Shown: piece by piece, positions 36,810 to 45,929 of the stretch
Layout: each line of letters begins with the position of its first letter
Numbering within the stretch: position 1 is the first letter of the stretch
Assembly: GCA_964469895.1 (NCBI GenBank)
Contig: CAYYAB010000001.1
Span: forward strand, 1,695 to 65,694
Source of the DNA: an uncultured bacterium
Lineage (GTDB): Bacteria > Deinococcota > Deinococci > Deinococcales > Marinithermaceae
Direction: 5' to 3'
DNA length: 64,000 nt
Program-made: the position numbers and the translations under genes
Notes under the pieces: model-generated
The model's input: only the letters and a program-made list of their open reading frames with translations
The model's database searches: none
Told to the model about the DNA's origin: nothing

Positions 36810-39065
36810 TTATTTCCCCTGGTAAATCAGGGCGAGTCTTTCGGCGAGCTTGAAGGCCGCCCCCTTATCGAGATAGCGGTTTTGGTTGCCGCACTTGGGG
36901 GAGAGGATGCAGCGGGGGCATCCGGATTCGCAGGGGCAGCTTTGAAGGCGGTCTTTGGTGGCGGCGATCCACTCGGGGAAACGTTTCGCCCCTTCGCGGG
37001 CGTAGCCCACGCCGCCCGGGTGGCCGTCGTAGATGAAGATCGTGGGTCGCCCGCCGCCCGAGGGCAGGGGGTGGGGGTAGGCGGGGTAGGAGACGCCTCC
37101 GATATCGGCTCGCTCGGCGAGGACGAAGAGGGGAAGGAGGCCGATCATCGTGTGCTCGAGCGCGTGAATCCCCGACGGCAGGAGGGCTTCCATGGCAAAC
37201 GCGAGTCCCTTTTCATCGGCGAGCCACTCGGGCTCGACGTGGAACCAGACCGCCTCGGTAGCGAAGCGGATCTCGGGCATCTCGAGGGGGATCTCTTCGA
37301 TCACCGCTTCGGTGAGGTAGCGCTTTTTGACGTAGCCCACCACCTGTTCGACGATCTCCACCCGGCCAACGTAGATCCCGGGGTGGACCTCCTCGCCCTC
37401 GTGGGCGAGGACCTCGGTGGTGGCGAGCGGCTGGGTGTAGTAGTCCTCGAGGCTTGGCAAAAGCTCGATCTCCCGGCGCTCAAGATCAAGCCGCTTGACG
37501 AGGTAGGACTCCCCCTGGTGCAAAAAGACCGCGCCCGGGTGCGCTTCCCAGTAGGCCTGGCGTTCATCGAGGTAGCCGATCGTCTTACCGAAGGGGTCCT
37601 TGAGGCGGAAGGTGGCGCCGGAGCCCCGGAGCACGATCTTCCGGTGGGGGTTTTTCAGCGTGGTGTAGATGCGGCCTTCCCGCTCGACGAAGCCCTCGCC
37701 CGCGAGCTCGGGACGCCAAAGGGGTTCGGTTTTTGCTAGGGGCAGCTCCCTCGCGGCGGCGTGGGCGTGGAGGGGGTAGAGGTAGGGGTTAAAGGGATCG
37801 GCGACCGCGGCCTCGGGCTCGCCGCCGGTGAGGCGATCGGGGTGGTCCTCGTAGTAGGCGTCCAGGGGGTCTTCCCGCGGGATCCAGACCACGAGCGCCC
37901 TTCGCTCGCCCCGGCCCGCTCGTCCGGCCCGCTGCCAGAGGCTCATCATCGAGCCGGGGAAGCCGACGAGGACGACGGCGTCGAGGTCGCCGATGTCGAT
38001 GCCGAGCTCGAGCGCATTGGTGGCGACGAGCACCGAGATCGCTCCCTTTTTGAAGGCTTCTTCGAGCTTCCTCCGGTCCCTTGCCGTATAGCCAGCGCGG
38101 TAGGTGCGGATCTGGGCCGCGAAGGGCGAGCTTCGGGTGTATTTGCCGATCAACTCAACGCTTTTCCGGCTGTTGGCGAAGATCAGGGTCTTGATCCCGT
38201 AGGCGGCGGCGTGCTCGGCGAGGAGCGCGGCCTCGATGTTGGGGCTTCTGCGCACCTCGCCGGTCTGGTCGAGGGCCTTGGGTCGCCAGAGGACGAACTC
38301 GCGCTCGGTGCGGGAGCTCGTTCTCCGAACCGCCAGAAACGCCTCGCCGAAAAGCCTTTCCGCGTGCTCGGCGGGGTTTTTTATGGTGGCGCTCGCGGCA
38401 ACGATCTGAGGCCTTGCCCCGTAGTAGCGGGCGAGGCGTAAGAGCCTTCTAAAGATCATCCCCGCGTGGCTTCCGAAAACGCCCCGGTAGTAGTGGAGCT
38501 CGTCGACCACTAGATAACGAAGCCGGCCCAGAAACCCTGCCCACTCGGGGTGGCGGGGGAGGATGCCGTAGTGGAGCATATCGGGGTTGGTGAGGACGAG
38601 GCTTCCTTGCTCGCGGGCACGTTTTCGCTTTTCCGAGGCGGTGTCGCCGTCGTAGGTGAAGGTGGTGCGGGGAAGGCCGAGCGCTTTTTCCATCGAAAGG
38701 AGCCTCTGCTCCTGGTCGCGGGCGAGCGCCTTCGTGGGGAAGACGAAGAGAGCGGTTTCTCCCTCGAGCACAGCCTTCAAGGCAGGGGCCTGGTAAACGA
38801 GGCTTTTTCCGCTCGCGGTAGGGGTGGCGAGGACGACGTGCCTACCTGCCTCGATCGCCCGGAAGGCCTCGGCCTGGTGCTCGTAAGGGGAAAGGCCCAG
38901 GGCCGCGAGCACCCCCGAAAACGCCCCAGCGTACTCGGTCTTTCTTAAGGGCTCCGCCCGCAAAAGCTCGGCGTAGGCGATCTGGTCGGCGTAGCCCTCG
39001 ATCTCCTTGAGCCACGCGCGGTAGCTGCCAAAGGACTCGATCGCGGGCGGAAGTTTGGCCGGCAC
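36810..39065 (-). CDS. DEAD/DEAH-box helicase with C-terminal DUF1998 zinc domain (MrfA/YprA-like)
   Basis: Walker A TPTASGKS, DELH box, TNALELGIDIG, QRAGRAGR, and the C-terminal Cys cluster CPCESGCPRCILSPKCGNQN. Confidence 0.88.
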   Translation of the reverse strand: MPAKLPPAIESFGSYRAWLKEIEGYADQIAYAELLRAEPLRKTEYAGAFSGVLAALGLSPYEHQAEAFRAIEAGRHVVLATPTASGKSLVYQAPALKAVLEGETALFVFPTKALARDQEQRLLSMEKALGLPRTTFTYDGDTASEKRKRAREQGSLVLTNPDMLHYGILPRHPEWAGFLGRLRYLVVDELHYYRGVFGSHAGMIFRRLLRLARYYGARPQIVAASATIKNPAEHAERLFGEAFLAVRRTSSRTEREFVLWRPKALDQTGEVRRSPNIEAALLAEHAAAYGIKTLIFANSRKSVELIGKYTRSSPFAAQIRTYRAGYTARDRRKLEEAFKKGAISVLVATNALELGIDIGDLDAVVLVGFPGSMMSLWQRAGRAGRGERRALVVWIPREDPLDAYYEDHPDRLTGGEPEAAVADPFNPYLYPLHAHAAARELPLAKTEPLWRPELAGEGFVEREGRIYTTLKNPHRKIVLRGSGATFRLKDPFGKTIGYLDERQAYWEAHPGAVFLHQGESYLVKRLDLERREIELLPSLEDYYTQPLATTEVLAHEGEEVHPGIYVGRVEIVEQVVGYVKKRYLTEAVIEEIPLEMPEIRFATEAVWFHVEPEWLADEKGLAFAMEALLPSGIHALEHTMIGLLPLFVLAERADIGGVSYPAYPHPLPSGGGRPTIFIYDGHPGGVGYAREGAKRFPEWIAATKDRLQSCPCESGCPRCILSPKCGNQNRYLDKGAAFKLAERLALIYQGK

Positions 39066-39069
39066 CCTC

Positions 39070-40149
39070 CTACTTCTTTAAGGGGATGTTGAGGAAGGGC
39101 TTTTGATGGGGCGTTTCCTTGGGCTTTCGGGTGCTCGCCACCACCGCCACCCGCCTTGCGGTGTTCTCGGCGAGCTCTCGGTAGGCCTCACCCAAGGGTC
39201 CTTCCTCGAGCGCGGCGGGGAAGCCCGCGTCGGAACCTTTTCGAATCTTAGGCTCAATCGGAATCTGACCGAGGAGCGGCGCCCCGTACTTCTCGGCATA
39301 GGCGGCGAGGCCGCCGGAGCCGAAGATGTCGTGCTTCTCCCCGCAGGAGGGGCAGACGAAGTAGCTCATGTTCTCGACGAAACCGAGCACCGGGACCTCG
39401 AGTTTTTCGAGCATCGTCACCGCCCGGCGAACGTCCTCAAGCGCTACCTCTTGGGGCGTGCCCACCACGATAGCCCCGGTCAGGGGTACGAGCTGCATCA
39501 CCGAGAGGGGAATATCGCCGGTGCCCGGAGGCATGTCCACGACCACGTAGTCAAGTTCGCCCCACTCGGTCTTGGTGACGAAGTCCCGGACGAAGGAGTG
39601 CTGCAGCGACCCCCGCCAGACGATGGGCTGGCCGTCGGGGACGACGAGGCCCAGGCTCACGAGCTTGACCCCGTGGGCCTCGATGGGAAGGATCTTACCG
39701 CCCCGGGTCATGAGCGGGCGCCCCAAGGCGCCGAGCATCCGGGGGGCGTTCGGGCCGAAGGCGTCGGCGTCGAAAAGCCCCACCTTGGCGCCGAGCAGGC
39801 CGAGGGCCACCGCCAGGTTCACCGCGGTGGTGCTTTTGCCCACACCGCCCTTGCCGGCCACCACCGCGATCACGTGGTTCACCCCGGGGAGGGGTTTTTG
39901 CTGGATGGGGCTCTCGGCGTCGAGGGTGATGGTCACCTCCTTGGCGCCAATCTCTTTGACGACCGCTTCCGCGTCGGCTTTCAGTTTGTCTTTCAAGGGA
40001 CAGGCGGGGGTGGTGAGCTTTAAGGTGAAGGTCACCCGGTCGCCTTCGATCTTGAGGTCGCGGACGAACCCGAGGGTGACGATGTCCTTCTTGAAGTCGG
40101 GGTCGATGACCTTTCGGAGTGCGTCAAGCACCTGGGCCTCGGTCAACAT
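39070..40149 (-). CDS. mrp: Mrp/ApbC/NBP35-family iron-sulfur cluster carrier ATPase
   Basis: N-terminal DUF59-like domain, deviant Walker A GKGGVGKST, and the CPSCGE motif. Start chosen at ATG 40149. Confidence 0.9.
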   Translation of the reverse strand: MLTEAQVLDALRKVIDPDFKKDIVTLGFVRDLKIEGDRVTFTLKLTTPACPLKDKLKADAEAVVKEIGAKEVTITLDAESPIQQKPLPGVNHVIAVVAGKGGVGKSTTAVNLAVALGLLGAKVGLFDADAFGPNAPRMLGALGRPLMTRGGKILPIEAHGVKLVSLGLVVPDGQPIVWRGSLQHSFVRDFVTKTEWGELDYVVVDMPPGTGDIPLSVMQLVPLTGAIVVGTPQEVALEDVRRAVTMLEKLEVPVLGFVENMSYFVCPSCGEKHDIFGSGGLAAYAEKYGAPLLGQIPIEPKIRKGSDAGFPAALEEGPLGEAYRELAENTARRVAVVASTRKPKETPHQKPFLNIPLKK

Positions 40150-40217
40150 ATCGCACCTAGGATACCGGGAAACCCAAGGACACAAGTCGGCTTTGCTTAC
40201 CCTGTTAAGCTTTACCC

Positions 40218-40568
40218 GTGGCCGTCGACGAGCGCGAGCTCATCCTCGAGCTCTTCCCGGGAACCCCCTTCGACCTTTTACCCCCGGGCGAGGTGCTCTA
40301 TTACCGGGAAGGCGAGCACGTGGTCATCGAGGAAGCCCCCTTTCGGGCGGTCTTCGAACCGGTGGAGCGGCCTTCGCTCCCCCGGCCCGGGATCTGCGAG
40401 GCCTGCGGCCGGCTCCTTGGCGGCGCCTACGCGCGCTATTTTCGGGTGCGGCTTCCTGGCTCCCAGGTGGTTCGCTACGTGCTCCTATGCGAGGACACCG
40501 AAGCCTGCCGCGAGCGCGCCCGCCCCGAGGTTTTGAGGCGCATCCTGAGGAAAGGTATACTTCCCTAG
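40218..40568 (+). CDS. hypothetical Cys4 (CxxC...CxxxxxC) zinc-ribbon-like protein
   Basis: GICEACGRL and LLCEDTEACRE supply four Cys residues. GTG start preceded by TAAGCT (40206-40211) plus 6 nt. Reminiscent of the FBP C-terminal treble clef, but unverified. Confidence 0.5.
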   Translation: MAVDERELILELFPGTPFDLLPPGEVLYYREGEHVVIEEAPFRAVFEPVERPSLPRPGICEACGRLLGGAYARYFRVRLPGSQVVRYVLLCEDTEACRERARPEVLRRILRKGILP

Positions 40569-40580
40569 TTGGAGGCGTTT

Positions 40581-41057
40581 ATGGCGCGGGAAGTGCGACT
40601 GACCAAGGAAGGTTACGAGCGGCTCAAGGCCGAGCTCGAGAAGTGGCAGCAAAAGCTCGAGGAGATCACCAAGATTCTCCAGGAACTGATGGAATCCTCC
40701 GACGATTACGACGACTCCGGCCTCGAGGACGCAAAACGCGAGAAGGCCCGCATCGAGGCGGCGATCGCCCAGCTCGAGGACGTGCTCAGCCGGGCGGTGA
40801 TCATCGAGGGCGCTGAGGCCAAGGGCAAGGTCGCGCTGGGGAGTACCCTGGTGATCCAGGACACCCAGACCGGCGAGAGCTTCGAGATCCAGATCGTGGC
40901 CCCGGCCGAGGCGAGCGTCCTGGTTGAGCCCATGAAGGTCTCCGACGAGAGCCCGGTGGGTAGGGCGGTACTCGGCAAGCGGGCCGGGGACGCGGTCAAG
41001 GTCGAGGTGCCCACCGGCGAGGTCAAGGAGTACCGCGTGCTTTCGATCCTGGAGTAG
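40581..41057 (+). CDS. gfh1: Gre-factor homologue Gfh1 (anti-cleavage transcription factor)
   Basis: MAREVRLTKEGYERL...ILQELMESSDDYDDSGLEDAKREKARIEA closely follows the Thermus Gfh1 sequence as I remember it. SD GGAGG at 40571. Followed by lysS. Confidence 0.85.
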   Translation: MAREVRLTKEGYERLKAELEKWQQKLEEITKILQELMESSDDYDDSGLEDAKREKARIEAAIAQLEDVLSRAVIIEGAEAKGKVALGSTLVIQDTQTGESFEIQIVAPAEASVLVEPMKVSDESPVGRAVLGKRAGDAVKVEVPTGEVKEYRVLSILE

Positions 41058-41060
41058 CCC

Positions 41061-42557
41061 GTGCCCGAGTGGAACGAGCAGACCCGGGAGCGGCTTAAAA
41101 ACCTCGAGGCCCTGGTCGAAGCTGGGTTTGAGCCTTTTCCCTACCGCTTCGAAAAGGACACGAGCGCGGCCGAGCTCAAGGCCCGCCACCCCGACCCGAG
41201 CCCCGGGGAGGAGTGGCCCGAGGAGCGGGTGCGTCTCGCCGGCCGGGTCGTGGCGCTCCGGCGGATGGGCAAGGCGAGCTTCGCCCACCTGCTCGACGAG
41301 ACCGGTAAGATTCAGCTTTTCTTTTCCAAGAACGACACCGAAAACTACCCGCTCATCAAAAAGCTCGACGTAGGCGACATCGTCGGGGTCGAGGGCACGG
41401 TCTTCGTGACCAAGACCGGCGAGCTCACGGTCAAGGTTCACCGCTGGCAGCCGCTCGTCAAGAGCCTTCATCCGCTTCCCGATAAGTGGCACGGCATCCG
41501 GGACAAGGAGGTCCGCTACCGCCAGCGCTACCTCGATCTGATCGTGAACCCCGAGGTGCGCGAGGTCTTCAGGAAGCGGGCTCGGATCGTCGGCTACGTT
41601 CGCAAGTTCTTTGAAAGCAAGGGTTTTCTAGAGGTCGAGACCCCGGTGATCCAGCCCACCGCCGCCGGCGCCGAGGCCCGGCCCTTCGTCACCTACCACA
41701 ACGCCTTGGGACGGGAGTTCTACCTTCGGATCGCGCTCGAGCTCCCCTTGAAAAAGCTTCTCGTCGGCGGGTACGAGAAGGTCTTCGAGATCGGCCGGGT
41801 TTTCCGCAACGAGGGGATCGACGCCCAACATAACCCCGAGTTCACCATGCTCGAGGCCTACTGGGCCTACGCCGACTACCACGACGTGGCCCGGCTCGTC
41901 GAGGAGCTGCTTTCGGGGCTCGCGAAGGAGCTCTACGGTTCGTACCGGGTTCCCTACCAGGGGAAAACCCTCGACTTCACCCCGCCCTTTCGCCGCATTC
42001 GCTTCGTCGAGGCGCTCAAGGAAAAGGCCGGGCTGGACTTCGACCCCCTGGACCTCGAGCGCCTTCGCCTCTGGGCCGACGCGAAGCACCCCGAGCTCGT
42101 GGACGTCCCCTCCTATAAGCTCCTCGACAAGCTCTTTGGGATCTATGTCGAGCCTGAGCTCCAGGACCCCACCTTCGTCTACGACTTCCCGCTCGTGATC
42201 AGTCCGCTTGCGAAGAAGCACCGGGAAGACCCCCGGCTCACCGAGCGCTGGGACCTCTACGTGGCGGGGCTCGAGCTCGCCCCCGCCTACTCCGAGCTCA
42301 ACGACCCCCTGGACCAGCGGGAGCGCTTCGAGGAACAGGCTCGCCGACGGGCCGCGGGCGACGAGGAGGCGGCCGAGATCGACGAGGACTTTTTGACCGC
42401 GCTGGAGTACGGAATGCCCCCGGCCGGGGGCCTGGGGCTTGGGATCGATCGCCTTGCGATGATCTTCACCGACCAGCCCACGATCCGCGACGTGATCCTC
42501 TTTCCCCTCATGAAGCCCCGGAAAACCGGCGGCGAGGAGGAAAAAGAGGAAGGCTAG
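41061..42557 (+). CDS. lysS: lysyl-tRNA synthetase, class II
   Basis: Typical LysRS2 layout with an OB-fold N-domain, [18 protein letters not shown] and [15 protein letters not shown] start 3 nt after the gfh1 stop. Confidence 0.95.
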   Translation: MPEWNEQTRERLKNLEALVEAGFEPFPYRFEKDTSAAELKARHPDPSPGEEWPEERVRLAGRVVALRRMGKASFAHLLDETGKIQLFFSKNDTENYPLIKKLDVGDIVGVEGTVFVTKTGELTVKVHRWQPLVKSLHPLPDKWHGIRDKEVRYRQRYLDLIVNPEVREVFRKRARIVGYVRKFFESKGFLEVETPVIQPTAAGAEARPFVTYHNALGREFYLRIALELPLKKLLVGGYEKVFEIGRVFRNEGIDAQHNPEFTMLEAYWAYADYHDVARLVEELLSGLAKELYGSYRVPYQGKTLDFTPPFRRIRFVEALKEKAGLDFDPLDLERLRLWADAKHPELVDVPSYKLLDKLFGIYVEPELQDPTFVYDFPLVISPLAKKHREDPRLTERWDLYVAGLELAPAYSELNDPLDQRERFEEQARRRAAGDEEAAEIDEDFLTALEYGMPPAGGLGLGIDRLAMIFTDQPTIRDVILFPLMKPRKTGGEEEKEEG

Positions 42558-42559
42558 CG

Positions 42560-43471
42560 GTGAGCGCAAGCAGGCTTGCACGATGGACCCTCCTGGTGGG
42601 GGTCCTTTCGCTTTGCTTCAAGCTTTGGGCCTACTGGATTACCGGCTCGGTGGCGGTGTATTCCGACGCGCTCGAGTCGCTGGTCAACCTGGCGGCGGCG
42701 CTGGGGATGGCGGTGGCGGTGGGGTACGCCGCCCGTCCCCCGGACGAGCGCCACCCCTTCGGGCACACGAAAGCGGAATACCTCTCGGCGGTAGCCGAGG
42801 GGGTTTTGGTGGTGTTGGCCGCCGGGGCGATCTTGCGCTCGGCGTTTTCGCGTTTCGCCGAGCCGGTTTCCCTTTCCCTCTCCCCGGTCGGGATGCTTGC
42901 GCTCGCCGTGGCGGGGGCAGTGAACGGGCTTTGGGGACTCTTGCTCTACCGCAGGGGGCGGAAGCTTGCTTCTGCGGCCCTTGAGGCCGATGGGTTGCAC
43001 TTGCTTGCCGACACCGCCACCACGCTGGGGCTCATGCTGGGGCTTTTGCTGGCCTCGCAAACGGGTTGGCTTTGGCTCGATCCCCTACTCGCCCTCTTCG
43101 TGGCCGCCCATGTGCTTTGGCTTGGCTTTGGCATCGTGCGGCGTTCGGTGGGAGGGTTGCTGGACGAGGCGCTGGAGCCGGGCGTTCGGTCCAAGATCGA
43201 AGCGGCGGTCCAGGGCGCGATGGCGGGGGCGCTCGAGGTCCATGACCTTAGAACCCGCCGGGCCGGTACCCGGGCCTTCGTCGAGCTCCACCTGGTGGTG
43301 CCGGCGTCGATGACGGTAGAGGAAGCCCACGCCATCGCGACGCGGATCGAAGAGGCGGTCCAAGGGGTGCTCCCTGGGGCTTGGGTGACCGTCCACGTGG
43401 AGCCCGAGGGCGAGCTCCTTCACCGGGGAATCCGGCCCGCCCGGGACCATCCGCCCAAGGGGTCGCGCTAG
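42560..43471 (+). CDS. cation diffusion facilitator family transporter
   Basis: SVAVYSDALESLVN and HLLADTAT motifs, six TM helices, and a C-terminal cytoplasmic domain. Confidence 0.88.
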   Translation: MSASRLARWTLLVGVLSLCFKLWAYWITGSVAVYSDALESLVNLAAALGMAVAVGYAARPPDERHPFGHTKAEYLSAVAEGVLVVLAAGAILRSAFSRFAEPVSLSLSPVGMLALAVAGAVNGLWGLLLYRRGRKLASAALEADGLHLLADTATTLGLMLGLLLASQTGWLWLDPLLALFVAAHVLWLGFGIVRRSVGGLLDEALEPGVRSKIEAAVQGAMAGALEVHDLRTRRAGTRAFVELHLVVPASMTVEEAHAIATRIEEAVQGVLPGAWVTVHVEPEGELLHRGIRPARDHPPKGSR

Positions 43472-43480
43472 GCTCAAAGC

Positions 43481-43726
43481 ATGAAGCCCGACGTTCGAAT
43501 CGAGGGGAGTTCGGTCACGGTGCGGGGCCCCAGGCCCCAGGTGGAGCGGATCGCCGATCGGTTGCTTTCTGCCGATTACCCCTACCGCGTCGAGGGTAGC
43601 CTCTACGGCCACCGCTACGCCGAGGTTTGCGTGCGCTTCGAGGCCGCCGAGGCGGCTTCCTGGTTTGCCGGGGTGGCCAAGGACGAGCTTTTAGGCCCGG
43701 CGTTTGCGGAGCCCGGTTTGGAGTAG
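43481..43726 (+). CDS. hypothetical protein (81 aa)
   Basis: An ORF 9 nt after the CDF gene with reasonable composition. No family recognised. Confidence 0.4.
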   Translation: MKPDVRIEGSSVTVRGPRPQVERIADRLLSADYPYRVEGSLYGHRYAEVCVRFEAAEAASWFAGVAKDELLGPAFAEPGLE

Positions 43727-43729
43727 GCC

Positions 43730-45025
43730 CTAGCGCACCTCGAGGGTTCCAAGCCAGTGGATCCCTTCGTCGTAGGGGATCGCGGAGGCTAGGCGCAGGG
43801 CGTAGCGGGGGTTTGAGGCGAGACGCGGCGAAGGATCGGGGAAGGCGAGGCCGATCCGGTAAAGTCCCGGTTCGTTCGGGGCTTGTGCCAGGAAGTGGTA
43901 GCTTTTTTCCTTCCCGGGCGGGAGCGCGGTGAGCTCGAGCCCGAGTCGAACCAAGCTCCGCTTTCCCGCTTTTTCAAAAACCAAGTAGGCCGGACGCGGC
44001 CGCTTAAGCCGGGAAAAACCGGTGTTTTTCAGAGCCAAGCTAAGGGGGAAAAGCCCCCCGGTTTTCGTTCCGTAAGGCCAGCGGGCCTGGACGAGCTCGA
44101 TGCGATAGCCGAGCCGTCGCGCGAATTCCTCTAAGGCTCCCGAGCGTGCCCAGCTTTTGAGCACCTCCTCGTGGTACTCCGCGTTTAGGTAGTCGAGATG
44201 GGCCCGCTCGGCCTCCGAAAGGGCGTTTTCCCCGTCGGTACGGGGCGGATTCCAAGCACAGGTTTCGCCACCATAGGGCAAGCGGTCGTTCTCCGCGTAG
44301 ACGAAAGCCCGCCAAGCCTTCGGGTCTTCCTCGGGGTAGGTGCCCATGTCGGTGGCGTTCGCGAGCCAGCAGTCGTTGTGGTGGGCGATCCGGCCGAAAA
44401 GGGGCTCGCTTGGGGGGCGATCGGTGGGAAAACCGCGGTATTTCACCTTGTCCACCGGGTAGCGGATCGCGATCGGGAGGTCTTCGGGGAGTTCCTCGGT
44501 AAGCCGTTTTAAAAGCCAGGCCTTGGTTGGGGCGTCGTCGTGGCAGATCCCGGTGGCCCGCCAGCAATGCCACTCGCCCCAGCGGCCCAAAAACCCTGCC
44601 TGGAAGACGTAGACGAGGTACGCGTTTTTGCGCACGATGGGAAGGAGCTGGTCGAGGTGCGTCTCGATGACGTCGAAGGGTGCGTCGCCTTCCTCGCTAT
44701 AGCGAAAGCGGAGAATGAGCTTGAGGCCGTATTTTTCCAGGCGCTGGAAGGAGGTTTTCAAGGCCTCGAGCTCATCTCCGCTTAGCGCGCGGTCCCGTGG
44801 CAGCCAGGTGTCGTAGGGATAGACGAGCGTGACGCCGGAGGCGGCGAGCTCGGCAATGGCGGCTTCGTTGTCGGGGTCGAAGAGGTCAAGCCCGGTGCGG
44901 TAAAACCCCCGCTCGGGATTCCGAAGCGCGTCTTCCAGGGGTGCGGGACGAAGCGTTTGAAGGGGGGGCTTTGCCTGGCAGGCGGCCAAGAGGAAGAAAA
45001 GCATTAAGAGGCCGAGCCTTCGCAT
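43730..45025 (-). CDS. secreted lipoprotein, glycoside-hydrolase-like (DUF4874/DUF4832-type)
   Basis: Lipobox [16 protein letters not shown] and a TIM-barrel-like middle region. The family call is tentative. Confidence 0.6.
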   Translation of the reverse strand: MRRLGLLMLFFLLAACQAKPPLQTLRPAPLEDALRNPERGFYRTGLDLFDPDNEAAIAELAASGVTLVYPYDTWLPRDRALSGDELEALKTSFQRLEKYGLKLILRFRYSEEGDAPFDVIETHLDQLLPIVRKNAYLVYVFQAGFLGRWGEWHCWRATGICHDDAPTKAWLLKRLTEELPEDLPIAIRYPVDKVKYRGFPTDRPPSEPLFGRIAHHNDCWLANATDMGTYPEEDPKAWRAFVYAENDRLPYGGETCAWNPPRTDGENALSEAERAHLDYLNAEYHEEVLKSWARSGALEEFARRLGYRIELVQARWPYGTKTGGLFPLSLALKNTGFSRLKRPRPAYLVFEKAGKRSLVRLGLELTALPPGKEKSYHFLAQAPNEPGLYRIGLAFPDPSPRLASNPRYALRLASAIPYDEGIHWLGTLEVR

Positions 45026-45882
45026 TCGGGTTCCTTTCCCTGGAGTTCCCTGACCACCCGCCGCGCCGTGGGGGTGCAGGCGAGGCCGCCCCGGCCGGTC
45101 TCCTTGAGCTCCGGCGGCAGGAGGCGGCCGATCTTGGCGAGCGCGAGCACCACTTCATCAGGCGGAATAAAGCTCCGAATCCCGGCGAGCGCCTGCTGCG
45201 CCGCGCTCACCGCATGCACGCTGAAAAACCCGTTGCGCATCACGCAGGGCACTTCGACGTAGCCCCCCACGGGATCGCAGACGAGGCCTAGGGTGTTTTG
45301 GAGGGCAAGCGCGGCGGCGTGTACGCTAGCCTCCGCGCTTCCCCCCAGGAGTTCGGTCACCGCTGCCGCCGCCATCGCAGCGCTCGATCCGATCTCGGCC
45401 TGACAGCCCCCGGTAGCACCGGCGATGAAGACCTGCCGACTGATGATCTTAGCCACGCCGCCGGCGAGGACGAGCGGCATGACCAGCTTCTCGTCGGGGA
45501 TGCCCAGGTGGTCGGCCACGCCAAAGAGTGCGCCCGGTACGGTGCCGGCGCTTCCCGCCGTGGGAGCGGCGACGATCCGTCCCATGCGGGCGTTTTCCTC
45601 GTTCACCGCCATGGCGTAGGCCTGCACCCGCTTTAAAAGCGGGGCCTTCAGGGGATCTTCCGCTTCCCAGAGGGTCTTTGCGTTCCAACCCACCATCCCG
45701 GCGACGCTTTTCTCGTCGCTTTGGAGCCCGCGCTCGATCGCCTCGCGCATGACCTTGAGGCGCTCGCGCATGACTTCAAGGAGGAAATCGCGTTTCTGCC
45801 CGGTTTCCTCGAGCTCTTCGGCGAGGACGAGCTCCGAAGCCGGGCCCTTGGCTTGGGCGAGGTCGGCAAGCGTCAGCGGCAC
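45004..45882 (-). CDS. sdaAA: L-serine dehydratase (iron-sulfur dependent), alpha subunit
   Basis: [35 protein letters not shown] and VPCVMRN motifs. No adjacent beta subunit. Confidence 0.88.
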   Translation of the reverse strand: MPLTLADLAQAKGPASELVLAEELEETGQKRDFLLEVMRERLKVMREAIERGLQSDEKSVAGMVGWNAKTLWEAEDPLKAPLLKRVQAYAMAVNEENARMGRIVAAPTAGSAGTVPGALFGVADHLGIPDEKLVMPLVLAGGVAKIISRQVFIAGATGGCQAEIGSSAAMAAAAVTELLGGSAEASVHAAALALQNTLGLVCDPVGGYVEVPCVMRNGFFSVHAVSAAQQALAGIRSFIPPDEVVLALAKIGRLLPPELKETGRGGLACTPTARRVVRELQGKEPECEGSAS

Positions 45883-45929
45883 GTCCTTAGGCTACATCGC
45901 CGGATGCGCCTGTCAGAGGAGTCAGAACC

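Noticed and set aside
36810-39065. DUF1998 helicase as a DISARM (drmA/drmB) component.
   Set aside because: The helicase and DUF1998 domain are fused as in MrfA/YprA. No PLD-nuclease, methyltransferase or other DISARM genes are adjacent.
41057-41061. T-box leaders for the aminoacyl-tRNA synthetase genes (aspS, lysS, cysS).
   Set aside because: lysS follows gfh1 by 3 nt. The aspS and cysS leaders are only about 100 nt and lack the T-box sequence and specifier-loop architecture. Leader-peptide models fit better.
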